Part shown: positions 21,295 through 30,799 of the stretch, in pieces
How the letters are laid out: each line of letters opens with the position of its first letter
How positions within the stretch are numbered: the stretch's first letter is position 1
DNA from: an uncultured Actinomycetes bacterium
Lineage (GTDB): Bacteria > Actinomycetota > Thermoleophilia > RBG-16-64-13
Reading direction: 5' to 3'
Assembly: GCA_963706025.1 (NCBI GenBank)
Contig: CAVPLM010000005.1
Coordinates: 896,001-960,000, forward strand
Length of the DNA stretch: 64,000 bases
Program-made: the position numbers and the translations under genes
The notes under the pieces: model-generated
What the model saw: only the letters and a program-made list of their open reading frames with translations
Database searches by the model: none
What the model was told of the DNA's origin: nothing

Positions 21295-21923
21295 GCAGAT
21301 GGGCGACCGCTCCCTGGGCCACATCGAGAAGGAACGCCGCCGCATGGGGGTGCGCATGAGCGACGAGCTTCCCGCCCTGGGAGACGAGGTGCCGGTCGTG
21401 GTAGCCGGCGTCTACGAGCGGGCCCAGAACCCCTGGATGCGTTCGGGCAAAAAGGACGATGTTCCTGACCCTGGAGGACGCCTACGGCCTCTACGAGTGC
21501 GTGTGCTTTGAAAGCAAGCTGCCCCAGATCGCCCCGGTGGTGGCCCGAGCGAGCTACTTCCTGGTCCGCGGCCGCCTGCAGAACAACCACAAGCGGGGAC
21601 TGGCCATCGTAGCCGAAGAGGTGCTCGACCTGGAGGAGGTACTGGCGAGAAGACGGGCGAAACAGACACCGACGGTGACGGCCACCGCGGCCACAACTGC
21701 GGCGCGCGGCGACGGCCGATCGAGAGCCGGATACGCGGAAGCCGGACGAGCGGGGCGGGTCGCGCTGAACAAGAAGAGCCCCGGCCGGAAGATGCCGCCG
21801 ATCCCTGAGGCCGTCGACCTGCGTGGACGCCGGGAAGAGGAGACCTACGGGGAAAGCTCGGCCTCAGCCAAGAAGCGGCCGCCGGGGGCGGGAACGACCG
21901 CTATTCCGAAGAAGGTGGGATGA
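21295..21923 (+). pseudogene. dnaE2 3'-end copy 3 (internally deleted, long C-terminal tail)
   Basis: 21295-21341 aligns to 15488-15534, jumps to about 15864, then follows the OB-fold region to PGAGTTAIPKKVG*; one extra A near 21452. Confidence 0.92.
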
Positions 21924-22108
21924 GACAGGAAACAATCACAATAACTGAGACCTTCGATCAGCCCCGAAACACATACTGCTGGTGCCACTCCAGGAACTCA
22001 CCCTTCGGCCGCCGCCTGGCCGGCGACGACTACCCGGACAGTGTATCGGGTACCTCCATTCGCGGGATATGCTCGGGATAGCGGCGTCGCACGAAGGGAG
22101 CGTGGTCC

Positions 22109-23023
22109 ATGAGTCCTGAAGACACTTCCCAGGTCTTTATGATCGGCTCCTCGGACAGAGACGCGGCCGTCAGGAGCCTGTTTGAGAAAGCAGGCTTGGG
22201 CGATCTTTCCGGCAAGAGTGTGGCCCTCAAGGCCAACTTCAACAGCGCCGATCTCTTTCCGGCCTCCACCCACCCGGACACTCTCCGGGCCATAGTCACG
22301 CTGCTCAGGGAGGCCGGAGCGCGTGAGATCACCCTAGCCGAAAGAAGCGGCATGGGAGATACGCGCGAAGTCTTGGAGAGACTGGGGATCTTCGCCCTCT
22401 CTGAGCAGTTGGGCTTCAAGGTCGTCGTCCTGAACGACGAGCCCGCGGAGAGGTGGGCTCACATCGAGCGCGGCGGCACCCATTGGCTCCGGGGCTTCTA
22501 CCTGGCAAAGGTGGTCCTCCAGTCGGACATCGTGATCCAGACGTGCTGCCTCAAGACGCACAGGTTCGGGGGGCATTTCACGATGTCGCTGAAGAACTCG
22601 GTCGGCCTGGTGGCCAAGAAGGTCCCTGGAGGTCACTACGACTACATGTACGAGCTGCACGGCTCTCCATTCCAGCGGCTCATGATCGCTGAGGTCAACA
22701 AGTTCTACGCGGTGGATTTCGTGGTCATGGACGCGGCGAAGGCGTTCGTCAGCGGGGGGCCGGACAAAGGAGCAGGGGTTGAGCCGGGCCTGATGCTGGC
22801 CGGCAAGGACAGAGTGGCCCTCGATGCCGCGGGAGTGGCGATCCTCAGAGAGTTCGGGGCCTCGAGTTTGATGAAGAAGCCCGTCTTCGAGCTGGACCAG
22901 ATACGCAGGGCGGCAGAGCTGGGAGTGGGAACCGGGTCCGCATCGGCCATGGAGCTGGTGCCGCTGGACGAACAGAGTCGGGGAGCGGCCGACAGAATCC
23001 GAGCCATCCTCACGACGGAGTAG
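22109..23023 (+). CDS. DUF362 domain protein
   Basis: VALKANFNSAD..STHPDTL, CLKTHRFGGHFTMSLKNSVG, DRVALDA. Confidence 0.9.
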   Translation: MSPEDTSQVFMIGSSDRDAAVRSLFEKAGLGDLSGKSVALKANFNSADLFPASTHPDTLRAIVTLLREAGAREITLAERSGMGDTREVLERLGIFALSEQLGFKVVVLNDEPAERWAHIERGGTHWLRGFYLAKVVLQSDIVIQTCCLKTHRFGGHFTMSLKNSVGLVAKKVPGGHYDYMYELHGSPFQRLMIAEVNKFYAVDFVVMDAAKAFVSGGPDKGAGVEPGLMLAGKDRVALDAAGVAILREFGASSLMKKPVFELDQIRRAAELGVGTGSASAMELVPLDEQSRGAADRIRAILTTE

Positions 23024-23039
23024 CCGAACGTCGTCTGCT

Positions 23040-23231
23040 TCACACGATGCTCAGTTCACCGGCCTTGTGGACACAGGGGATCTGCCCGCAGGCCAGCTCT
23101 TTGTAGAGGTCGAGAAGGTTGGCGCCCAGCTCATCCAGGGTCTCGCCCTGGGTCCCGTAGTCCATATATTCCTCGAGCCGGCCGACGAGCATCCCATCTT
23201 CTTCGCAGTAGATGAAGCGCCTGGTCTCCAT
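23040..23231 (-). CDS. Orphan HicB-family antitoxin
   Basis: EEDGMLVGRLEEY.DY.TQGETLDELGANLLDLY; no hicA follows. Confidence 0.75.
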   Translation of the reverse strand: METRRFIYCEEDGMLVGRLEEYMDYGTQGETLDELGANLLDLYKELACGQIPCVHKAGELSIV

Positions 23232-23496
23232 GACCGTCCTGTAGCCCGAGCGCCCAGCCGGCATCACGATGACCTCGCGCGTCCTCGTCCGGCCGAGAGA
23301 TCCGTGCAGGTACTACGCCGGCCGACGCCCGAACAGTTATCTGCCTCTGGGTGGATCTTGTGGGAGACGCCCTCGGCTGTCCGTGCCAATCTCAGACCAA
23401 AGACCTACTGCCGCTCGTGGGACCAAGGCGTAGGCTTCGTGGTCCACTGCACGAGACGCCCCCTGCTCGGCAGTTAGGTAGTATTCTCTAGACCTG

Positions 23497-23727
23497 ATGT
23501 TCGAGGAGGCAGGTGTGTCGGTGGTCTTCAGGATCGAGCTCGAGCAGGAGACCGATGGGCGCTGGATCGCTGAGGTGGTCGAGCTCCCCGGGGTCTTGGC
23601 CTACGGCGCGACACAGGACGAAGCCATCGCGCACGTGCAGGCATTAGCCCTGCGTGTCGTCGCCGATCGTCTCGAGAACGATGAGGCCGGCAGCGAGCTT
23701 CTGAACATCTCATTCCTCGCTGCGTGA
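23497..23727 (+). CDS. hicB: HicB-family antitoxin
   Basis: IELEQETDGRWIAEVVELPGVLAYGATQDEA. Confidence 0.88.
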   Translation: MFEEAGVSVVFRIELEQETDGRWIAEVVELPGVLAYGATQDEAIAHVQALALRVVADRLENDEAGSELLNISFLAA

Positions 23728-23936
23728 CCGACTGGCCGAGCACTCAGGCCAAGACCGTTCTGGCCGCCCTTCTCCGCATCGGCTGGGAGGTCGAACGTCA
23801 GTCGGGTTCCCACCGGGTCCTTGCGAGACCAGGCTGGCCGCACTTGGTGTTCGCCTTCCACGACCGTGACGAGATCGGACCACGCATGCTCGCCCGCATC
23901 GCAAAGCACAGCGGATTGCGCCCGCAGGACCTGTGA
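23724..23936 (+). CDS. hicA: HicA-family toxin
   Basis: LLRIGWEVERQSGSHRVL..FAFHD.DEIGPRMLARI; GTGA overlap with hicB. Confidence 0.9.
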   Translation: MTDWPSTQAKTVLAALLRIGWEVERQSGSHRVLARPGWPHLVFAFHDRDEIGPRMLARIAKHSGLRPQDL

Positions 23937-23947
23937 ACGAGAGCAGG

Positions 23948-24439
23948 CTAGCCGGCTTTGGTCCCTCCCCCGCCGCCGTATTTCCGCATCTGCTCGCAGA
24001 CATAGCTCTCGGGGATGGGCTCCCCCACCATAGCCAGGAACATTGGAGCGGAAGTCGTTCCCAGGAACCGGAAACGTCGGGTCATGTCCGCAGTCTTGGC
24101 CTCGAAGTCGCCGAGCGAGCTCAGGTATCCGCCGAACCCGCCCGCGGTCTTGTCCAGTTCCAGCAGCATGGCGGCGTTGTCGGCGATGGCCTCGATCTTC
24201 TTGCGGTTCCTGATCACCCGAGGGTCGGCCGCAAGCCGGTCGATGTCGTCGGGAGTGAGCCGCGCGACCTTCTCGACATCGAAACCGCCGAAGGCCTCCT
24301 TGATCCCCGGCCATTTCGCGTCTACGACCTTCCAGTTGATCCCCGAGGTGAATATCACCTTGCTCATGCTCTCGAGGTAGCCGGCCAAGGACTGCGGCTT
24401 GTCGCCACGCGGATCGTGCATCCCGTCTTCCTTTCCCAC
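23948..24439 (-). CDS. DNA-3-methyladenine glycosylase I (Tag)-like protein
   Basis: IFTSGINWKVVDAKW..AFGGFD, VIRNRKKIEAIADNA, FRFLG. Confidence 0.8.
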   Translation of the reverse strand: MGKEDGMHDPRGDKPQSLAGYLESMSKVIFTSGINWKVVDAKWPGIKEAFGGFDVEKVARLTPDDIDRLAADPRVIRNRKKIEAIADNAAMLLELDKTAGGFGGYLSSLGDFEAKTADMTRRFRFLGTTSAPMFLAMVGEPIPESYVCEQMRKYGGGGGTKAG

Positions 24440-24767
24440 GTATGCCTTGCCGAGTGATGTACCCCGGGGCAGCCCAAACCACGCGCCCGGCGCCCGGCGC
24501 CGGTAACTGAGGCCTAGGGCAAATGCGTCGTGCGGGTTACGGCAAGGCCCAGTACAACCAAAGCCGGACGGAAGGGAGAATGATGTGCCGCACTGCCGGT
24601 GTCAGAGTCACCCCCGCGGCAGTTCACCGCGAGGCCCCAGATCGCAAGATCTCGCTCGGGCAAACCGGCGATCGCACACCCCGTGCCGCTAGGGTAGCCG
24701 ACTGCCCAACTCGAGGCTACAATCGGCCTGTACGACTCCACCGAGAAGCCGGAGAGGAGCCACCCGG

Positions 24768-25085
24768 ATGCCCGTCAACCTCTCTATCAAGAACGTGCCC
24801 GACGAGGTCGCCCGCGGACTCCGCAACCGCGCGGCCTTGAATCAACGCTCGCTTCAGGAGGAACTGCTGGAGATACTGAAGCAGGCGGCCAAAGACCAGG
24901 GTCCGGTCACGATCGACGACCTGTTGACGACCGCCCAGCGGAAGAAGCAGGCTCTCGACGAGGCGGCCGCCAAGGTTCGCGCGGCCCAGGACGCAGAGCA
25001 CGAGAGAATGGCCCGGCGCTTCGAGGACCTCGTGGCCGAACCCGATGACGCTCACCCGGGCGGACGATCCGGCGGGGAGATCTAG
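24768..25085 (+). CDS. Arc/FitA-like ribbon-helix-helix protein, no adjacent toxin
   Basis: NLSIKNVPDEV..LRNRAALNQRSLQEEL; TACAAT at 24718. Confidence 0.8.
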   Translation: MPVNLSIKNVPDEVARGLRNRAALNQRSLQEELLEILKQAAKDQGPVTIDDLLTTAQRKKQALDEAAAKVRAAQDAEHERMARRFEDLVAEPDDAHPGGRSGGEI

Positions 25086-25152
25086 TCGCCCGGCGGCTCC
25101 TCGGCCAAGACGATCGGTGGCCGACTCTCGCTCCGCGGAGTCTTGCGGTCGC
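25016..25152 (+). repeat. 137-bp direct repeat, copy 1
   Basis: Matches 27740-27876 with 4 mismatches by eye. Confidence 0.95.
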
Positions 25153-25153
25153 C

Positions 25154-25232
25154 GGCTAATTCGCGGGCGATGGCCTCGCGCACCAGTGCGGCCACGCTGA
25201 CTACATCGTATCGCCGGCGTTCGACGAACTCG
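25154..25232 (-). pseudogene. Remnant of RHH antitoxin similar to 30800-31174
   Basis: tcgcgggcgatggcctcgcgcaccagtgcggccacgctga resembles 31050-31089. Confidence 0.65.
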
Positions 25233-25287
25233 CATGAATAGTACAATCAGCGCTGTTAACCAGGAGTCTCCGGGAAGGAGCGGTCAA

Positions 25288-25596
25288 ATGGCCAAAGAGA
25301 TCATCCTCTACAACCTCGCGCCGGGCGTGACCGACGAGCAGTTCAAGGAATACGTGGACACCGAGAAGGGCCCCTACATCGACGGTCTTCCTTCGGTGAA
25401 GAGATATGAGCTGGTCAGGATCGACAGCAGTCGTTCGGGCGTGGTGCCCTTCAGGTACTGCGGGATCGTGCACCTCAACAGCCTGGAAGACTTCCTGAAC
25501 ATCGACACCAAGACCGAGGAATACAAGGCCTTCTCCGCCAAGATGGCGAGCATGACCTCGGAGATCCACGTGACTTTCGGGGAGGAGATCCACTAG
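25288..25596 (+). CDS. Small EthD/REDY-like dimeric alpha-beta barrel protein, copy A
   Basis: MAKEIILYNLAPGVTDEQFKEYV..LPSVKRYE; AAGGAG RBS; paralog at 32665. Confidence 0.7.
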   Translation: MAKEIILYNLAPGVTDEQFKEYVDTEKGPYIDGLPSVKRYELVRIDSSRSGVVPFRYCGIVHLNSLEDFLNIDTKTEEYKAFSAKMASMTSEIHVTFGEEIH

Positions 25597-25752
25597 AAAG
25601 GGTGACCGCCGAGGCCTCGCCGCGCTTCTACGTATCGGCCGGAAGGTAGATGCCCTACCCGCCGCAGATGGTCTTCGCATGCTGCAAAGGGACCGCCTGC
25701 CTCGGCCTCGAGGCAGGCGGTCCCACGAAAGAGGCGTCGCCGATCTGGTTCC

Positions 25753-27039
25753 CTACTTCGCCAGCCGCACCAGCATGGCCTTGGCGAAGGCTGCGTGACC
25801 GCGCCCGATCCACTTGACCACGTGCATGAAGGCGATCAGCACGAGCACTCCCACGATCACTGCGAACGGTATCCCCCACAGCGGGAACCACCACTCGTAG
25901 GTGACGCCTTCCCAGACGAAGGTCTGATCCCCAAGCCACCCGGTCCACGCCCACAGCGGAGTCGTGATCAGGCTGAGCCCCACGGCGATCCCGGTCACCG
26001 CAATGGAGAAGTAGATGATGCCCAGGGGCAGCATCAGGACCATGTAGGCCATGGAGAGCCAGGTACGGCCGTCCTTCACCCAGAACCAGATCCGCTCGAA
26101 GAAGCCGGCGTTGGGAGGTTCGGCCCGCGGCCTGCGCGGCATCCGCGTCCCCAGGAACAGCTCCACGACCCGTCCTTCGAACAGCGCCATCCCGCGTACG
26201 ATCCCCAGCACCAGCAGGAACAACGGCACGCCGATAATGAGGATCAGCAGACCCCCGGCGGTCGAGACCCCGGTGACCACGATGGTGAAGTAGGCGATGC
26301 CCGTACCCAGCGCGATGATCATGTAGACGAGCGCCTTGTAGACCGCCGGGTCGATGAAGACGCCGAAGATCTGCCGCCAGACGCTGGGCGGCCTCTCTGC
26401 CCCGGCCGCGGCGGTGGCCCCGGCCGCGGCCAGGCCGGCCTGGACGCCGGTCGGGAGGGGCGCGACAGGAGCGACGGGGGCGGGAGGCGCCACAGGAGCG
26501 GCTGGCGCGACCGGGGGCGCCGGTGCGACCGGCGGCGCCTGGGCCGGGCCGGCAGCCGCGGGGGCCGCCATCTCGGCGGCCTCGCCCGAGATCGGCACCG
26601 CTTCCACGGCGGGTGCCTCGTCCTGGACCACCGTCACCTCGGCCTGAGCCACAGTCTGAGCCTCAGCGTCGGTGGGGGCCGCAGTCGGACCCGCTGCCGC
26701 GACCGCAGCCGCTGCCGCGACCGCAGCCGCCGCCTCAACCACAGACGGTTCCGCGCTCACGGGCGCCGCGAGAACCTCAGCCCCGACGTCGACCGCAGCG
26801 GGCTCGGCGCCCAACGCAGCCGGCGCCCCGCTCACCGGCATCCCCAGGTACGCCGCCGCCACTTCCTCCGGGGTCCCGTAACCCTCGGCGACGGTCGCGA
26901 ACCGGCCTCCCGCGGCCATCTCCGCCTGCAGGTACTCCTCGGCATCGAACAGAGCGTCCTGCACCAGCGCCGGATCCGCACCCGCGGAACGCAGCGCCGC
27001 CTGCAGTTCCCTCAGATAGCTGTCTATGTCATGAGCCAC
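25753..27039 (-). CDS. Membrane protein with HAAS-like N-terminus, Ala/Pro linker and putative sensor domain
   Basis: IDSYLRELQAAL..DAEEYL..YGTPEEVA, four TM segments; coupled to PadR. Confidence 0.8.
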   Translation of the reverse strand: MAHDIDSYLRELQAALRSAGADPALVQDALFDAEEYLQAEMAAGGRFATVAEGYGTPEEVAAAYLGMPVSGAPAALGAEPAAVDVGAEVLAAPVSAEPSVVEAAAAVAAAAAVAAAGPTAAPTDAEAQTVAQAEVTVVQDEAPAVEAVPISGEAAEMAAPAAAGPAQAPPVAPAPPVAPAAPVAPPAPVAPVAPLPTGVQAGLAAAGATAAAGAERPPSVWRQIFGVFIDPAVYKALVYMIIALGTGIAYFTIVVTGVSTAGGLLILIIGVPLFLLVLGIVRGMALFEGRVVELFLGTRMPRRPRAEPPNAGFFERIWFWVKDGRTWLSMAYMVLMLPLGIIYFSIAVTGIAVGLSLITTPLWAWTGWLGDQTFVWEGVTYEWWFPLWGIPFAVIVGVLVLIAFMHVVKWIGRGHAAFAKAMLVRLAK

Positions 27040-27436
27040 GATGTCCCTCCAGAACGGCATCCACGAATTCACGAGTCCGGATCCACGATTCCTGCCACAG
27101 GCCGACCGCCTGCCGGCCTTCCTCGGTGATCTGGTAGTAGCGGCGAGGCGGACCCGTCACCGAAGGCTCCACCTCGCTCGTAAGCAGCCCCCCGGCCTCG
27201 AGCGACCGCAGCACCGGATAGAGCGTTCCCTGTTTGACCGGCAATCCCCCGCCGAAATCTCCGAGCTCCTTGGCGATCTGGTAGCCGTACAGCGGCTTGT
27301 CCGCGTGAGCGAGGAGCGCCAGGAGAGCGAGCGACACGATGCCCGAGCTCAGCTCCTTCTGGAACTTGCGCACGCTGGCCGACACGACCTCCGGCGTATC
27401 CTCATCGAACTCTTGTGTTGCTGGTGTATCTGTCAT
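27029..27436 (-). CDS. PadR-family transcriptional regulator
   Basis: YGYQIAKEL, QGTLYPVLRSLE..GLL, PPRRYYQITEEG. Confidence 0.93.
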   Translation of the reverse strand: MTDTPATQEFDEDTPEVVSASVRKFQKELSSGIVSLALLALLAHADKPLYGYQIAKELGDFGGGLPVKQGTLYPVLRSLEAGGLLTSEVEPSVTGPPRRYYQITEEGRQAVGLWQESWIRTREFVDAVLEGHRGS

Positions 27437-27557
27437 TCAGTCCCGCCTCCGATCGTTCCGGACCGGTTGGCTGCCGGCAGGCCGGCGAGCCCTTGCTGTC
27501 GTTGACGAGCCCTTGAAACCCTGCCCTCTGGCACGGGCCGTTGCTTGTCATGACCCC

Positions 27558-27585
27558 ACTATACTACTAAGTTCATAATAGTCAA
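27558..27585 (-). promoter_or_regulatory. Sigma70-type promoter upstream of padR
   Basis: TTGACT-N16-TATAGT on the minus strand. Confidence 0.6.
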
Positions 27586-27739
27586 GAGCTCGGAGTAGCG
27601 GAGATGGACGGACTGGTGAGGGAACGGCGAGAGGGTGGTTGCAGCAGAGGGGCGAGGAGGGGACGGAGCCCTTCTCTACGGACATCGGTCGGTCTCAGGA
27701 GGGAACCGACTACCAGGCGGACGACAGCTATTCGGAGAA

Positions 27740-27876
27740 GCGCTCCGAGGATCTCGTGGCCGAACCCGATAACGCTCACCCGGGCGGACGATCCGGCGGG
27801 GAGATCTAGTCGCCCGGCGGCTCCTCGGCCAAGACGATCGGTGGCCGACTCTCGCTCCGTGGAGTCTTGCGGTCGC
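27740..27876 (+). repeat. 137-bp direct repeat, copy 2
   Basis: Matches 25016-25152. Confidence 0.95.
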
Positions 27877-28831
27877 GTGCCATCTGCCAGATGGCCAGAC
27901 TGGCGAGCCCGGCGATGATGAGAACCATGCCGATCAGCTCATAGCGGTCGGGGCGTTCTCCCAGTTGGATCCAAGAGGCGACTACCCCGACCACCGGGGC
28001 GATCAGGCGCCCGAGTCCGGCGGTCCCCGCGGGAAGCTGCCGGAGGGTGTAGAACCACAGCAGTAGCGCCACCGCACACACAAGGACGACGTTGTACAGC
28101 AGCGCGGCCACAAAAGTGCCGGTCCACACCGGACCGGACTCCGCGGTCAGAAGCGCGATGACCACCAGCGGAATGGAGCCGAACAGCATCTGCCAGGCGT
28201 TCAGCCCGAGAAGATCCACCTTTCGGTCCCGGCAGAGGATCTTGGCGGCCACCGAGCTCGCGGCCGAGCAGACGCCGGCGGCGACACCGAGGATGTTGCT
28301 CATGGGGGTGCCTCCCGCGCTCCAGGGCGATAGGACGAAGACGAGACCGGTCAAGGCGAGCGCGACGGACAACCACTGTAGCCCCCGGACCCGTTCCCCC
28401 AGGATCACCCAGGACATGAGAAGAAGCCACATCGGCATGGTGTAGACAAGCACGGAGGTCTTGCCCGCCCCTCCGCTCTCGAGAGCCCACAGCGCCAACC
28501 CGATCGAACCCGTCATACCGAACAGACCCACGACGAGGGTGAGGGCCGAATTCGTGGGGCGCATCGACCGCCGAAGGACGGCCAGAAGGAGAAAGAGGAG
28601 TACCGCCCCGAAGAAGACGCGCATGGCGGCGAAAACGGCGGCGTCCGCGTAGCGTAGGGCCGTCTTCATGACCACCCAGTTGTAGCCGTAGATCAGGCCC
28701 GCGACTGCCAAGGCCCCCCAGGCCAGAGCGGAGGCTCGTCCGGGGGAAGGTACGGCGGGTTGCATCGAGGAGCGCATCACGCTGGAGCGCTGACCTCGCC
28801 GGCGCTCCTGCCAACGTCCACCCCACACCAA
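27806..28831 (-). CDS. EamA/DMT family transporter (true start probably near 28765)
   Basis: About ten TM segments, IYGYNWVVMK, GKTSVLVYTMP, ILGER. Confidence 0.9.
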   Translation of the reverse strand: MVWGGRWQERRRGQRSSVMRSSMQPAVPSPGRASALAWGALAVAGLIYGYNWVVMKTALRYADAAVFAAMRVFFGAVLLFLLLAVLRRSMRPTNSALTLVVGLFGMTGSIGLALWALESGGAGKTSVLVYTMPMWLLLMSWVILGERVRGLQWLSVALALTGLVFVLSPWSAGGTPMSNILGVAAGVCSAASSVAAKILCRDRKVDLLGLNAWQMLFGSIPLVVIALLTAESGPVWTGTFVAALLYNVVLVCAVALLLWFYTLRQLPAGTAGLGRLIAPVVGVVASWIQLGERPDRYELIGMVLIIAGLASLAIWQMARDRKTPRSESRPPIVLAEEPPGD

Positions 28832-28874
28832 CTACCGATCAACTATCGACCCCCCTCGCATGTGATAGACAGCT

Positions 28875-30087
28875 TCATCCTTCAGCATTGTAGGGGTCGC
28901 TCTCACCGATCGAGCGGTATGTAGCCTTGCGCAGAGCATCGGCTCGAGGGTCGTCCAGGTGCGTGCCCATCTGATTGGGCACGTAGCCGAAGCCGATCTG
29001 GTGGTGCGGGTCCGCGTAGCCGAAGGACCCTCCTGATCCAGGGGCGCCGTAGGAGCTAGGGTGTCCGAAGGCGTAGCCCGGACCCGGCTTGGAGAGACCG
29101 AGCGAAGTAGCGGGCCTCGACCTTCAGGCACTCATCCCGTGATCTGAGTGTAGGCAGCACCGCAGGCGCCGCGAGCTCCCGGAGCGTCTCTTCGCGGAGA
29201 CCGAGCTCTTTGCCGCCGGTCGCGAACTCGCTGTAGACGCGGGCCAGGGCAAGGGCGGTGCCGACGCCTCCTCCGGCGGGCACTTCGAGGTTCCGGGCGT
29301 AGACCCGCCCTCGTGCCTCTGTTTCCGGCAACTCCGATCCCAACAAAGCCCGCCGGAGATTCGAACGCGAGTTCATCCCCGCGAGCGCAAGAGAGGGTGG
29401 CATTGTGAACAGCGACAGCATCATGCGTGCGGCCCGCGGCCTGTGCATCGGTGCCAGCCTGCTGTCCGGGATCTCTTCAGGCAGCCGGATGTAGAAATCG
29501 AGTCCCAGCGGAGTAGCTATCTCATCCTGGAAGTACCGCCCTATGCTCCGGTGCTCGGGATCGGCTCGGCGCAGGAGCTCGCTCTCGTAGAATCCGATGG
29601 TGACGGCGTGGTAGCCCTGGCACATCCCCGGCTTCCAGGCCGGCTTCTGGCGGGCAAGCACGGCCGCCAACCGGTCGAGATCAGTCAGCAGGGCAGCGTC
29701 CAATGGCTCGTCCAAGACGAACAATCCGGCCTGATGTGACAGGAGCTGCCGGACCGTGATCCCCCCCTTGCCCTGTTGGGCGAACTCGGGCCAATACGTG
29801 CTCACCCGCTCGTCGTAGTCGAACAGCCCGCGCGAATGGGCAAGCGCCATCGCCAGAGCGGCCATGCCCTTGGTCGCCGAGAAAACGATGACCATGGTGT
29901 CTTCTTCCCAGGGTTCGCCGATCGCCTTGTCCCGGACGCCACCCCATAGATCGACGACTTTTTCCCCATGGTGATAGATACAACAGGCGGCTCCAAGCTC
30001 GTTGCGACGTTCGAAGTTGTCGGCGAAGGCTCGGTGCACCGCTTCGAAGCCTGGCTTGGTAAAACCCGATATGGCTTGAGTTGCCAT
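28875..30087 (-). CDS. Serine hydrolase, beta-lactamase/esterase family (frameshift near 29100)
   Basis: SATK, LLSHQAG, GYHA; second frame continues GSGGSFGYADP..GYVPNQM to TGA at 28875. Confidence 0.88.
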
Positions 30088-30362
30088 TTCTAGGCCTCCG
30101 TGGTTCGAAGTATGTCGCGCGTGAACTGCTTGGTCTTTTCGACCCCCGTCTCGACCAACGGACCTCTATTGCACTACTGCCGTAGATGAAAGCCCTCCCT
30201 GCATATCACCCTGCCCCTGTGCAGCACAAGAGGGAGAATTCGGAATTCCGCGGTAGAGGGGCTCAGACTCCTCGCCGGCGGTGTCTCGCCACCCGGTCCA
30301 AACAGCACCAGATCTTGACCGGGGGAGTCCTGAACGCGAATGAGGTGCAGCGTGTCGGGGGC

Positions 30363-30788
30363 CTAGAGCGCGCCCACCCATTCCAGGGGGTCGACCACCA
30401 GGACTCCCGGGATCGACGCGAAACCGGCATCGACCGTGAGGATCTCTCGCACACCCTGACGGCGCGCGACCGCGGCGTGGAGCAGGTCGCGCGCGGAAGC
30501 CCCAGACCCGCTGGGTATCCGCTCACCGAGACGTCTGGCTTCGTCGACATCGTCGAAGGTCACGGGCAGGATCCGCCGGACCGCGGCGGAGATCGCGTCG
30601 AACGTGGCCCGGATCTCCTTGTGCCGGCCGATGCTCCGGTAGCGATGGAGGACCTCCTGCAGAGTCTCGGCGCTCGTGATGAGCACCGCTCTATCGGCTG
30701 CACCGGCACGGAGGATATGGGCGCAAGGGTCTTTGAACCGACTCTCCGCTCCCATCGCGTATATGAAGATGGTCGTTTCCACGTACAT
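30363..30788 (-). CDS. vapC: VapC PIN-domain toxin
   Basis: YVETTIFIYA, TSAETLQEVLH, ARDLLHAA, ILTVDAGF. Confidence 0.85.
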   Translation of the reverse strand: MYVETTIFIYAMGAESRFKDPCAHILRAGAADRAVLITSAETLQEVLHRYRSIGRHKEIRATFDAISAAVRRILPVTFDDVDEARRLGERIPSGSGASARDLLHAAVARRQGVREILTVDAGFASIPGVLVVDPLEWVGAL

Positions 30789-30799
30789 GGCGCGTGGGG

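Noticed and set aside
24658-24707. c-di-GMP-I riboswitch-like ends (GGCAAACC...GGTAGCCGACTGCC)
   Set aside because: Interior too short, lacks the GNRA loop and GACGCAAAGC core, and lies upstream of the likely -10.
26400-26760. Ala/Pro-rich repeats
   Set aside because: Low-complexity coding linker of the sensor protein.
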